Assembly (NCBI GenBank): GCA_951406725.2 | Contig: OX597836.1 | Coordinates: forward strand, 7,068,001-7,132,000 | From: Octopus vulgaris | Lineage: Eukaryota | Direction: 5' to 3' | DNA: 64,000 nucleotides | Shown here: positions 51,378 to 64,000 of the stretch, piece by piece | How positions within the stretch are numbered: the stretch's first letter is position 1 | How the letters are laid out: every line of letters begins with the position of its first letter | Position numbers and translations under genes: made by a program | The notes under the pieces: model-generated | What the model was told of the DNA's origin: nothing | Database searches by the model: none | Seen by the model: the letters and a program-made list of their open reading frames with translations, nothing else

Positions 51378-51658
51378 GAAGGCGCGTGGCTTAGTGGTTA
51401 GGGCATTCGGCTCAGGATCGTAAGGTCGCGAGTTCAATTCCCGGCGACGCGTTGTGTCCTGGAGCAAGACACTTTATTTCACGTTGCTCCAGTCCACTCA
51501 GCTGGTAAAAATGAGTGGTACGTGTATTTCAAAGGGGCCAGCCTTGTCACACTCTGTATCACGCTGAATCTCCCTGAGAACTACGTTAAGGGTACACATG
51601 TCTGTGGCGTGCTCAGCCACTTGCTCGCTGTTCCGTTGATCATATCAGCTGGTACCTT
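51378..51658 (+). mobile_element. SINE family B
   Basis: gaaggcgcgtggcttagtggttaggg...gagttcaattccc; gtgtcctggagcaagacact core. Confidence 0.85.
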
Positions 51659-51919
51659 CATTTCTAAATAGGTAAAAGTTCCGTAGCCGTAGATCCGTGC
51701 AGAGTAGAATGCTCCATTTCCTATGTTTTATTATAATAAAAATGATAAAATATTGTTCGGTTATGTAATTCACACTACTTCGCAACAACGACCTGGCAAC
51801 CAGTCATCCGTTGACAATAACAAGGAAGGTGGTGACCTCTAAACCTCACACTTAAATATTCAGCTGTATAATTGCTGCAATATGCAACTTTGGTTATAAA
51901 TACAGTCATGAAGTCATAA

Positions 51920-52210
51920 CTCACCGGCGTTATATCATATCTCGGTATAAAGGTTTAGAACAAACCACATCCTAAATAGGCATGTGCGAAAGACCGTTTA
52001 ACAGTCGTTGACAACTAGCAAGAAGCATAATACTTTCAAAATTTCATTGTCTATTTCAGTATAGAGCAACAAATATGTTTAGGAAAGAACTGTCTGTAAT
52101 CTTTGCATTGCGGAAAATTTCCATATTTTAGCAGAAACAACAAACATTCTAGACAGGAAATCCGATTTAATAACTAAATGCTGACTTGAAAATAAAATTT
52201 TAATTTTCAG
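51920..52210 (+). pseudogene. Decayed PLE GIY-YIG / C-terminal region
   Basis: IGMCERPFNSR and VCNLCIAENFHIL...ILDRKSDLITKC*LENK resemble the PLE C-terminal CNLC..EK..I...LNKRSEL.SKCRH.NK motif. Confidence 0.65.
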
Positions 52211-52685
52211 TTTTAACAAAACTCTCGTATTTTCTATTTTCGACAGATATAGTTGGTTGCATGGCCGGAAGTTTAACCAACATTTAAAATCAGATAAAAC
52301 AAACATCAGGCCAACAACAGGTCGTCCAATTCCTAGTTTGTAATCCAAATTTCCCAGAGGTGTCACCACTAACCACAACTATTTCATGACTTTTTCCGTG
52401 CTCGAAACTCTGAAAACACTGTGAGAGAGAGAGTGTGTGTGTATGCGTTTATGGGGGGTTGTGTATGTATTTGTGTGTGTTTGTGTGTGTTTATGAGTGT
52501 TTGTTAGTGTTTGTGTGTGTTTATGAGTGTGTGTGTGTGTTTGTGTGAGTGCGTGTTTGTGTGTGCGTCTGTTTGTATGAGTGTGTGTGTGTGCGTCTGT
52601 GTGTATATGAGTGTATGTGCGTGTGTGTGTGTGTATGTGTGTATAAGTGTGTGTAGTGTGTACGTGCGCGTGTGCATGTGTGTAT

Positions 52686-52739
<54 letters not shown>

Positions 52740-52844
52740 TTGCGTGCGTATACACATAAAGATATCTTTTATCGTTTACTTGTTTCAATCGTTAGAATGC
52801 GGCCATGCTGGGGCAAAGTCTTGAAGAATTTTAGTCGAGATATG

Positions 52845-53410
52845 CAGTGGTAATGCATTTATAGATCCATTATTTAGGCAGAATGATATACTATTGGAAT
52901 TTACAAAGACCAATTATAAATACTATTGGAATTTACTCACAATGTATTAGAATCTTATATGTATACCATTCTGACTAAATAAGGGATCTATAATTGCATT
53001 ACCCCTGCATATCACATCTATTTTCATTCTTTCACTTCACTCTTTATTTCGTATCTTATCTAAATTAATGATTACTTAACTATTCTCTCACACCGTCTCC
53101 AATGAAGGGATATAATAAACATCTTGGAAACAGCTGTAAGACCTTCTATTTATAAATGTTCAAAAATCTTCACAGCCTTGGTTTTTTATCTCATTCTGAA
53201 AAAAAAATTTATATATATATGATAGATCGGTAGCCACTACACGCATTTTTTTCTCTCCTTTCTTTTTTTCTATGTCCCTTTCTGTAGAAGAGCGTAGGCT
53301 CGAAACGTAAAAGACTTTTTCAATTTCCCGAGCGTTATACTAATACATCTGTTTGTTTTATACACCACCTGTCTTCGTCTTTTGTGTTTTCCATGAACTC
53401 TCCTCCTATA
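52845..53410 (+). mobile_element. Penelope pLTR-like fragments with two degenerate hammerheads (53095-53142, 53277-53313) and an inverted repeat (52845-53010)
   Basis: gtct-CCAATGA-agggat..atctt-gGAAA-CAGCTG-TA-agac; cttt-CTGTAGA-a-gagc-gtag-gctc-GAAACGTA-aaag. Confidence 0.6.
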
Positions 53411-53414
53411 TATA

Positions 53415-53901
53415 TATATTCCTTGGAGCGTAGGCGAGAAAGATATGCCATAATATATATCTGGAAGATCCTGGAAGGACTTGTCCCAAACTTTGGCATC
53501 GAGAGTCACACAAATGCCAGAACCGGGCGCCACTGCGTGGTACCAAGGACTCCAAATTTGCCATCAAGATGTAGAACAAGATACTGTGATAGCCTGGGCT
53601 TCAGAGCCTACAGCTCTTCAATATCCTCCCGAAGAACCTGAGGGACCTGCATGGTGTAGATACGGATGTCTTTAAATTAGGACTGGATCTCTTCCTGTCA
53701 GGTGTCCCGGATGAACCAACTTCGCGGCAGGAGGTGCAGATGAGGGCGGCTGCATCGAACTCTCTCATGCACCAAATGGCAGTTGCTAAAAAGCATTCGT
53801 GAGGTAAAATCATGTAGCAAACCAAATGGCGGTGCCCCAGCATGGCCACAGCTCATGAGCTGAAACTGGAAAAATCAAAAATCAAAATCAAATCAAAATC
53901 A

Positions 53902-53905
<4 letters not shown>
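53415..53905 (+). mobile_element. CR1-type LINE 3' fragment
   Basis: YSLERRRERYAIIYIWKILEGLVPN...QLFNILPKNLRDL...FKLGLDLFLSGVPDEP...SNSL (one frameshift); stem-loop 3' end and (AAATC)n tail. Confidence 0.85.
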
Positions 53906-53975
<70 letters not shown>

Positions 53976-54323
53976 GAGATCATTACTTAATTTCCGTTAT
54001 TTAAAGCATCATTTGTCTACTTTGCGTTCACTCGCTATATTTCTCTGGGTTTGCAGCCAAGAAGTCATTTTCTACAAAGATTTCTCTTTCTTATCAGCTC
54101 CGAGTGACAGCACGACCATTGTTTTCCTACGGCGAATGACAGAGACACAAGCTCGTCTCCGGATAATCATTATGACGCGATTTGCTTTGCAACAGTCGTT
54201 TCGTCTTTGTCGTCAAGATGTTTCTTTTTAACATTGGTCAAAATATAAAATTCGTTTCATGTTTGCAGATGTCTCTGCTACGATGGTTTTACAAGTAAAT
54301 AGTATTTACGAGATATTCACTTC

Positions 54324-54390
<67 letters not shown>

Positions 54391-54433
54391 GTAGTGTGTG
54401 TGTGTGCGTGCGTTTGTATGTATGTATCTATCG

Positions 54434-54566
<133 letters not shown>

Positions 54567-54844
54567 CAATTCGATTTCAAGCAATACCATCGCTCATTTG
54601 TTCTTTTAAACATGAGCAACAGGATGTGGCTTTTCACTCTTGTTGGGGACCCTACACTCTTTTGCACAGATGTGACAACGATGGGCGCCTCTTGCAGCAG
54701 GTGTTCAGAGACCTTATCACCCATGCTGACACATGCCTCATTTCATCACAGAATTTTGCTTTGAGTGTTTTGCTTTGTTTTGTTTTTTTTTTTTTTGTTT
54801 TTTTGTTTACAGCTATGGCTATCAACAATATCTAATACATATCA

Positions 54845-55290
54845 GAGATGTTAAAAATCAAAGGATGCTCCTCATTGGAGCTTTTTATGTGAGAACAGGC
54901 TTTGCATAGTTCCAATCTCACTCACTGAACAGCATATGTATTTGTCCCAAAAGAACCAGTCTACATCATTGGATGCAAACAAAGTAGCAGGTGTCACATC
55001 AGGATTTCCCTTCTCCTTCAAAGATTTCTATACAAAGACAAAGAGTCTCGCACTGCTAGCTGTTGGGTCGCTGTTTACTGTACTGAGATGTTAAAAATCA
55101 GGCGATGCCTGCACCTGGAGCTTTTTAAAGTGAGGAAAGGCCTTCCATAGTTCCAATCTCACTCTCTGAACAAAATGCATTTGTCTTAAAAGAAGAACCG
55201 AGTAGCAGGTGTCACATCAGAATGTTGCTTCTCCTTCAGAGATGTCTAAACAAAGACAAGGGATCTCTCACTGCCAGCTGTTGGGTGGCC
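54845..55290. repeat. Diverged tandem duplication, unit about 200-240 bp
   Basis: gagatgttaaaaatca...catagttccaatctcactc...agtagcaggtgtcacatcag...agctgttgggt occurs at 54845-55070 and 55086-55290. Confidence 0.85.
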
Positions 55291-55446
55291 AGTGACTCTA
55301 CTGGGTTCATCTGCCCTTTGACAGGTCTTGATTTTTTTTCGTCCTGCAGGGTGTCCAACGAATATCACCTTTCTTACCAATCCGGTTTGGCAGGGTTCCG
55401 TATTTACACACACACACACACATAAATATAAACATACATATGATAC

Positions 55447-55480
<34 letters not shown>

Positions 55481-55859
55481 AAATGTATGTATGCATGTGT
55501 GTGCATGTATGCATGTATGTATGTATATATGTATATATATATATGTGTGTGTGTGCATGTATGCATGTATGTATATATATATATATATATATTTCTGCCA
55601 TCGATTCTCATGAAGAGGAAATAACGACCAACAACAACAACAACGACAATAGCCACCGATAACAAAGACATTCTCACGCAAAGTTATTGTTTTAAACATA
55701 CTCGCTGTTGTTGTTGTTATTGTTGTTCACGTCGTATTTGTGCAGCGCAGTGTTGGCGGCGGCGGCAGCGGAGGCGGTGGCGGCGGTGGCGGCATACAAC
55801 CACCAGCCGCAGACAGCCATATTGTCCCGTAGATATAGACATTAATTCAATTTGCTCGC

Positions 55860-55876
55860 GACGCCACCTGGCGAGC
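55860..55876 (-). promoter_or_regulatory. Candidate CTCF-like site next to a (GGC)n CpG-rich patch
   Basis: Reverse TCGCCAGGTGGCGTC resembles the CTCF core CCACCAGGTGGCGC; motif match only. Confidence 0.3.
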
Positions 55877-55945
55877 GACACTCACACGCGTCTGAATGTA
55901 ACGTAATTGACTCAAATAGCATTATGACAGCATAAACACACATAC

Positions 55946-56026
<81 letters not shown>

Positions 56027-56221
56027 CAGCGAGTGAGAGAGAGGGAGAGACGGAGTGGAAGGGAGAGAGAGGAAAGCTAAGTGCGGCACGGAAAGGAGCT
56101 TGGGTTACACGAAATATAGACAAGAAGACTACGAGCACAAAACTGGAGTGACAGCTGGCTTCACATCATCTGGCCCTTTTAGATGTATGTGTGTGTGGCT
56201 GTGTGTCTATGAGTGTGTGTG

Positions 56222-56253
<32 letters not shown>

Positions 56254-56398
56254 CGTGTGTGTGTGTGTATGTGTGTGTGTGTGTTTGTGTGTTGGTAGCT
56301 GTGTGTGAGTATAATCTTGGGGTTGTTGTGATTTAAGTAATGTGTGTGTGTGGTGTTTGTATTGTCGTGTCTATGGTCAATGAGACGTTGATAGATAT

Positions 56399-56473
<75 letters not shown>

Positions 56474-56509
56474 TGGATGGATTAATAGATAGATAGATAG
56501 AGAGAGAGT

Positions 56510-56585
<76 letters not shown>

Positions 56586-56634
56586 GACAGAGACAGAGAG
56601 ACTTATACACACACAAACACCTTAACAACAATAA

Positions 56635-57255
56635 ATGCAATCCTTCCTACTCTAGGCACAAGGCCTGAAATTTTGGGAGAAGGGTAAGTCGATTACATGG
56701 TCCCCGGTACTTAACTGATAACTAATTTATCAACCCCGAAAGGATGAAAGGCAAAGTCGACTTTGGTGGAATTTGAACTCAGATCGTAGCAGCTGACGAA
56801 ATACCTATTTCTTTACTATCCACAAGGGGCTAAACACAGAGGACAAACAAGGACAGACAAACGGATTAAGTCGATTATATTGACCCCAGTGCGTAACTGG
56901 TACTTATTTAATCGATCCCGAAAGGATGAAAGGTAAAGTCGAGCTCGGCGGAATTTGAACTCAGAATGTAACGGCAGACGAAATACCGCTAAGCATTTCA
57001 CCCGGCGTGCTAACGATTCTACTAGCTCGCCGCCTTCAAAATGGTTTCAAATTTTGGCACAAGGCCAGCAATTTCAGAAGGGGGACTAAGACGATTACAT
57101 CGACCCCATTATTCAACTGGTACGTATTTTATCGATGCTGTAAACATGAAAGACAAAGAGGACCTCGGCAAAATTTGAACTCATGATATAACACGGACTA
57201 AAAGCCGCCAAGCATTTTGTCCGGCACATAACGATTCTGCCAACTAGCTGCCTTC
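56635..57255 (-). mobile_element. Three family C units in tandem: C2 (57040-57255), C1 (56806-57035), 5'-truncated C2 (56635-56806)
   Basis: Repeated gagttcaaatt..gccgag.tcgac/ctttcat core with alternative tails. Confidence 0.82.
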
Positions 57256-57366
57256 GTTAGTCCATAACAATGGCAGCCAAAAACACGTCTTCTTTATTAC
57301 AGATTTCTTTATAGCCCAGTAGAATTTTTTAGTTGCATTAGCTTTTGAAATTATTCGCTTCGTTCA

Positions 57367-57412
57367 TACGAGGTCTGATCAATAAGTATCGGGACTGTTG
57401 CCATAAAAACAA
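57367..57412. mobile_element. Solo mariner-type terminal fragment
   Basis: tacgaggtctgatcaataagtatcgggact resembles mariner TIRs; no partner end seen. Confidence 0.45.
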
Positions 57413-57416
57413 AGCT

Positions 57417-57537
<121 letters not shown>

Positions 57538-57948
57538 GAATACCGGTGGTTATAGATAGACGTATATATATATATATAAGCATGTGTGCGCGTATCTGGA
57601 TGCCGGTGTGTATGTCTATAAATACAAATGTTTGCACTTAAATGGTTTCATGCTGATCAACAATCAGTCGCAAGTGGGGAAACTTCAAATGGGTGAAGAG
57701 ACTTGTTCGTGAAATGTTCACAAGTAGCTGCGACGTAATCGCTGCCGGAGTCGCTCCGCATTCGGCTTTGATCAGTCTTTTGGTCGGCTAAGTTATTTTT
57801 AAAGAAAATTTTAAAACATAAGGTAATCTGATGTTGTGTACGTATATGTGTGTGTGTGTGTGTGTGTGTGTCGTGTGTGTGTGTGTGTGTGTGTGTGTCT
57901 GTGTGCGCGAGTGCTTGAACGTGAGTACAGATATATATATGTTATATT

Positions 57949-57986
<38 letters not shown>

Positions 57987-58040
57987 TATATATATATATA
58001 TATATAAATATATGTGTGTCTATATGTATATATATATATA

Positions 58041-58083
<43 letters not shown>

Positions 58084-58335
58084 GTATATTTAGGTATGTA
58101 TGTAAGTATATTTAAATGCATATGTATAGGCATATGTATGTGTGTATATACGTATATATACGTATATATATACATATATATACATATATATACGTATATA
58201 TACACGAACATATATATATATATGTATACATATACGTACATATATGCATGTACTTGTGCGCAGACACACACACACATATATATATATATGCAAATATACG
58301 CATATATATCTATACATGTGTGTATGTGTCTGTAC

Positions 58336-58428
58336 TATGGTTAAGAGCGCGGGCTACTAACCCCAAGATTCCGAGTTCGATTCCAAGCAGTGACCTGAAT
58401 AATAATAACAATAATAATAATAATAATA
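58336..58428 (+). mobile_element. SINE family H head plus (AAT)n
   Basis: tggttaagagcgcgggctactaaccccaagattccgagttcgattccaagcagtgacctgaataat. Confidence 0.82.
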
Positions 58429-59030
58429 CAGCGATGCACATATCGTCAGCCACTAAGGGACATGCTCAACTGGTTATGGTCAAACAACTGACAAGCAAAT
58501 CTGTGGTATTGAGCAGAATATTTGCTGTAGCCCATCTTTTATACCAAGACAAATCAATGTTGGTATAAAAGATGGCTACAGCAAATATTCTGCTCAATAC
58601 CACAGATTTGCTTGTAAGTTGTTTGACCTTAACCATTTGACCATGTCCCTTAGTGGCTGACGATATGTGCATCTCTGATCACGAGCAGAAGTAGTGGGGG
58701 AGCATCATAGCCGTATGTTGAGAGGGATTCTTTGGGGTTTGAATAATTCACCTTTGGAAACATGGGTATTTCGTTCAACATCCTTAAACAACCCTTATTC
58801 AGGGGCCTTTTGAGCGGGATGGGTTACTCGACCTGAAAAAAATTCTAACTGGGCTCCACCTGCAAGGTCATGTGCTGTTTATCTTAATATGAGATCACCA
58901 TGTCGCGCACATATGGTTGTGATGCATGTGCCTGGTGTACCCTTATCAGACGGGTAGTCATGATGGGTATACTGGGCTTCGTATATTTTACCCCAGTGTC
59001 ACTTTGATGGCACGCACTGCTTTCTCAATC
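58429..59030 (+). mobile_element. Unclassified insert in (AAT)n with a 5' fold-back (arms 58433-58547 and 58560-58673)
   Basis: (AAT)n both sides; about 115-bp inverted arms with 12-bp spacer; no recognisable ORF. Confidence 0.65.
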
Positions 59031-59093
<63 letters not shown>

Positions 59094-59417
59094 TTCTGTT
59101 CTTGTAGATCTGCAATATTTGGAGCAAGGATGACGGACGAAAGTTGTTAACTCCCAATGCACTTCCAACTGGTTCGCGTCTGCATACGTCGCCACTCTTT
59201 TATCACAATTGGGCTTTCTGCAGATCGAACGATAAATCGGATTGCCATAAAGAGAGACGTCTGTACGCCAATGGGTTTATAGTGATAAACGCTTTAACAA
59301 GAGGATTACCACCCTGTGAGTCTCAGTGATTAGTACCTAGAGTTCTGATCAAATGTTTGGAACACAGGTCTGAAAATTAGAAATTTTTTTGTTAAATGCC
59401 CAAAGTTATATTTAAGG

Positions 59418-59765
59418 TGAAGGCGCGCGGCTCAGTGGTTAGAACGTCGGGCTTACAACCATGAGGTAGTGAGTTCGATTCCAGGACCGGTCTGTGTGTT
59501 GTGTTCTTGAGCAAGACATTTTATTTCACATTGCTCCAGTTCACTCAGCTGTAGAAATGGGTTGCGACGTCACTGGTGTCAAGCTGTATCGGCCTCTGCC
59601 TATGCCTTGGATAACATCAGTGGAGTGTAGAATGGAGAGGTTGATATGCATGGGCGACTGCTGGTCTTCTATAAACAACCTTGCCCAGACTTGTACGTCA
59701 GAGGGAAACTTTCTAGATGCAATCCCATGGTCTTTCATGACCGAAGGGTGTATTTACCCTTTTAT
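59418..59765 (+). mobile_element. SINE with family B head/core and a different tail
   Basis: gaaggcgcgcggctcagtggttag...gagttcgattcc; gtgttcttgagcaagaca. Confidence 0.8.
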
Positions 59766-59784
59766 ATTTTTAATTTGCAATATA

Positions 59785-60350
59785 TTGGGTTGTCCGGAAA
59801 GTTCGTGTCGATTTTTAAAGGAAAGAAAAGGGTCAATAAATACTTGCCATTACATTTTTAATCAACCAAATGTGAACCATTTTGCTGCGCAATGCGTCTC
59901 CATCTTTCCTTTAACTTGAAAATACCCTCTTCCCAGAATTGAGTTGGTTTCATGGCAAAGAATTCATCAAGGTATCTTTTTACGTCATCCAAGGAATTGA
60001 AATTTTTACCATTAAGACTATTCTGCAGAAACCTGAATAAGTGGAAATCCGAAGGAGCAATATCTGGTGAATATGGAGGGTGAGGTAACACATCCCAGCC
60101 GAGCTGCAACAATTTTTGTCTGGTTCCCAAATTATCAAGTGCCGAAAATGAACTTTCTTATCTTCCATTTTAAAGGGTTACAGAATTAACGCAGGCTATA
60201 GGAACATAAACCTTCTTCCACGAAAAGATAGCTTAAACTGTACTCTAAATGGAAGTGAAGTCATATCCTATTTTATTGACTCAACCATGTTCTAAAATAA
60301 GTCGAAAGGTAAGCTAATATAAATCGGCATTAACTTTCCGGACAACACAA
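59785..60350 (-). mobile_element. Internally deleted mariner (Tc1/mariner) transposon
   Basis: TIRs ttgggttgtccggaaagtt / aactttccggacaacacaa flanked by TA; N-terminal MEDKKVHFRH joined to C-terminal LGWDVLPHPPYSPDIAPSDFHLF...RW. Confidence 0.93.
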
Positions 60351-61049
60351 TATTATTACTTGGCTAAAAGTTTGGAACAGGTCTGAAAATTCGAATTTTT
60401 ATATTAAATACTCAAAGTTATATTTGTATCGAATTGTACTTGGACATAACAATTGTAATTTTTAAAAAGATATTCCAAACTTTTGGCCACATCTGTAATG
60501 GCAGACTGATTCGAGATGACCTGTAATTACGTGAACACGCAATGTATACATCAGAATGTCCCTCATCTGGAAAGATGCTGTGACAACAACTAAGGCTTTT
60601 ACTGCTCTCCCTGACACCACCCAAGGGTATTTCTGTGTCCACGCGTTGAGACGGAATACCATCATATATGCCATCATATATGCCATTTAACCAATAGTTG
60701 TGACGCTAATCAAAGCTGCTACCTCGGGTCAGAGCGAAACGGGGAACAGTGGTGACTAAGAGATGGTTCCACACATCTCAGAACCCTTGAAATCCCGAAC
60801 TAGAGCCCCAAATCCGAATACAATTTAAGGTCATACCCAGCACATGCATACATACACACACGCACATTCATACGTGCATACATGCATATATACACACATA
60901 CATACATACGTTTCCTTCTACAGAATTCTTTCACAAAGCATCGGTCGGCACGGTGCTGTAGCAGAAGACATCACATCTACCTGCCCAGGGTGCCGCACGG
61001 TGGGACTGACTCCGAAACCAAACAGTACAGCCATTTCATGGTTGAAATA

Positions 61050-61255
61050 CAGCGATCCCTCGCCATATCGCGGTTAACCTATCGCGCACTCAGTACATCG
61101 CGGATTTTTCTGGCTAATATATATAAATTTATATCGCGGACTCCTCATTATATCGCGGGTTTCTGCGGCCGATAGGTATTTATATTTCTTTAGATTTTGA
61201 TTATTTGTGAGGGAGGTTTTGGCACGTAATACCCACGATAGTCGAGAGATTATTG
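61050..61255. mobile_element. Tigger/pogo-like MITE
   Basis: Imperfect TIRs cagcgatccctcgccatatcgcg / cacgatagtcgagagattattg, TA flanks, internal atcgcg repeats. Confidence 0.65.
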
Positions 61256-61357
61256 TATATACATATCCCGATTTTAGCTGCTATATCTGGCAGATCGAGT
61301 GACCACATACGCACTTCCTCGCGTGTACAAGAGTTGACTGCTCGTATGTAAGTATGC

Positions 61358-61420
<63 letters not shown>

Positions 61421-61617
61421 CTCTCTGCGCGCGTGTGCGCATGTGTCTGACTGTCTGCACGCCTGTGTCTGTGTGTCTTACAGATTGCCTATGTATGCTT
61501 TTGTGTCAATGTAAGACGATATTTTGCAATCAGTGCAAATGTGATACGTATGCAGGTGTGTGTCTTGCTGTACGTAGGTATGTATGTTTATGAGTTCCAT
61601 CAGTGCGCCTGCAAATG

Positions 61618-61654
<37 letters not shown>

Positions 61655-61799
61655 GCATGTATATACATACATATATATATATATATACAAGTTTGGGGGT
61701 TTTGTTCAAAGGTGATGTATATATGTATATATATACATATATGTGTGTGAGAGAGAGAGAGTGTGTGTGTGTATGTATGTATGTATGTGTGTGCATATG

Positions 61800-62022
61800 T
61801 CTTGTATTTGGGTTGGTCCCCCACCTACCCACCATCGCTTCACAAACGATGCTGGTGTGTTTACGTTCCCGTAACATTAGCGGTTCGGCAGAAGAGAACC
61901 GATAGAATAAGTACTAACTAGGCTTACAAAGAATAAGTCCCTGGGTCGATTTGCTCAACTAAAGGCGGTGCTCCAGCATGGCTGCAGTCAAATGACTGAA
62001 ACAAATAAAAGAATAAAAGAAT
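61800..62022 (+). mobile_element. SINE family A 3' half
   Basis: Matches the family A body and tail. Confidence 0.82.
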
Positions 62023-62103
62023 ATATATACATATGTACATAAATATATGTATGTATATGTGTGTATATATATGTATATATATGTATATACATATGTGTGT
62101 GTG

Positions 62104-62135
<32 letters not shown>

Positions 62136-62219
62136 CATATATGCACACAGACGCATATATGTATATGTGCATGTATATGTATATGTGTGTATGTATATAT
62201 ATGTATATACATAAGTGTA

Positions 62220-62261
<42 letters not shown>

Positions 62262-62659
62262 CATATATATACATACATATATATATATATATGTGTGTGT
62301 GTGTATATATACATATATACACACACATAAATATGAATATATACATATATACATACATACAGATGTGTGTGTATGTATTCGTGTGTGGCTATGTGTGTTT
62401 TTGTCTATGTATATGCATGTACATGCACACACACACACACACACACCCGTGCACGCGCATCTCCCTGCCCGTCTGTCCGTCTGTCCGTATGTCCGTATGT
62501 CGTCGAAGTCAATCCCATCGACAAAGATATTTGAAACCAAATAAAATTCAGAAATAAAGACAAACAAGAACGCCCCCCCCACCTCACCATCACCACCACC
62601 GCCACTGCCGCCGCCACCACCACCACCGCCACCACCAATCAGCCATCACTACTAAATCT

Positions 62660-63352
62660 GTGTATCGGGAGAGAAGTAAGAGGAGAGTCGTCGACCTCCT
62701 CCTACTCTTCATTCTACTCTGTCCATCCCTCCCTCCTACTCTCTCTCCCTCTTTTCCGATTTTAACGCCGCCATCATACAGTGATATCCACAATTATTTC
62801 TTCCTCCCCTTCTTTCCCTCTCTCCTTCGGTCTCTCCATTCTCTCACTTCTCACCCCACCGGCACTGAAACACACACCCACTCTATTCCTATGTTTCTCT
62901 CTCTCCCCGACTCCGTCTCCCTCTATCTATCTCTCTATCTATCTATCTATCCACCTCTCACCATCCCTCTCACTCACTCCCACTTTATTTCAAACTCCTC
63001 CCCTTCGTTCTCAATCGTATTTCGTCTGCTTCCTTCTCATTCCCATAGATTCGCCCACCTCCTCCTTCGTCATCTTCATCTTCTTCCACTCCGTCCCCCG
63101 CCTTACCAAATCATTACCTCTCTCCTTTTTTATATCTCCTCCCACTCTTTCAGCCTTCCTCCCTCTCTCATTGCATCTATATATCTCTGTCTCTCTATCT
63201 ACCTCTCTTTATAACGATGTGTCTATCTCTATCTGTTTTTCTATCTATCTATCTACTTGTCTATATATATCGATCTATCTATCATTCTATCTACCTCTAT
63301 GTATCTGTTTGTCTGTTTATCTATCCATCCATGTATCTCTCTTCCACATCAC

Positions 63353-63418
<66 letters not shown>

Positions 63419-64000
63419 CATTTATCCATCTATATATCTATCTATCTACCTACCTCTCCATCTCTCTCTCTCTCTCTCTCTTCCTCTATCTATCTATCCA
63501 TCTATCTATCTCTATTTTCCCACTCTCAAATTTCTCTTCCTCCTCCCCTTTCTCTTCTTTCTTATTCTCATTACTCCCCCTCCTTCATTTTATCTTATTC
63601 ACCTGACAAATTCTCTCTCTCACCTTCCTCCCCAACCCTCCTCCTCTCCACCTCTCTCACCCTACCCTACCTCTCTATCTCTCTCTCTCTCTCTCTCGAG
63701 ACTTTTCTCGCTTTTCTTTCTCCTTTTTATATCCAACCCCTCTACTTCTCTCTGTCTGTCGTTTTCTCTTTCTCTCTCTCTTTCTTTCTATCTATCTCTC
63801 TATTTTTCTCTCTCTTGTTCTCTCTGTCTCTCTCTTTCTTCCTTGTTCCCTGTGTGTCTCTCACACTCCCTCCCTTTCTCTCTCTCATTCTATCTCTTTC
63901 TCCCACCACCTCCCTCCACTTTCTTTCTTTCTTTCTTTCTTTCTCTTTCTGCTACTCTTTTCATGTATTTCTTCAGAAGTGATTTCCATTTTATCCAGTC
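62660..64000. repeat. Pyrimidine-rich low-complexity block (CT/TCTA/CTTT)
   Basis: Composition read directly. Confidence 0.85.

Noticed and set aside
52178-52186. In-frame TGA as selenocysteine in the PLE remnant
   Set aside because: It falls at a conserved Arg position (CGA to TGA decay) in an already degraded copy.

Overview
Eukaryotic, AT-rich, very microsatellite-dense intergenic or intronic DNA. The SINE families resemble those of Octopus (coleoid cephalopod); this assignment is inference. I found no host protein-coding gene, and almost all listed ORFs are translations of (TA)n, (TATG)n, (GATA)n or (AAT)n tracts. The real content is a layered set of mobile elements. (1) Four 5'-truncated L1/Tx1-clade retrotransposons lie in tandem inside one (GATA)n tract. 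(2) An R4/Dong element sits in (TAA)n. (3) An RTE insertion has a 5' inversion and a 9-bp TSD. (4) There are CR1-type 3' ends, several decayed Penelope-like element (PLE) RT and GIY-YIG remnants, an internally deleted mariner and a Tigger-like MITE. (5) At least four tRNA-derived SINE families are present. The most notable observations are a tRNA-headed SINE whose 3' part is a PLE-type minimal hammerhead ribozyme, eight hammerhead-like motifs in total, apparent (GATA)n targeting by the Tx1 element, and two SINE-LINE 3'-tail partnerships visible within the window. All alignments and folds were done by eye, and boundaries are approximate unless a TSD or TIR is cited.
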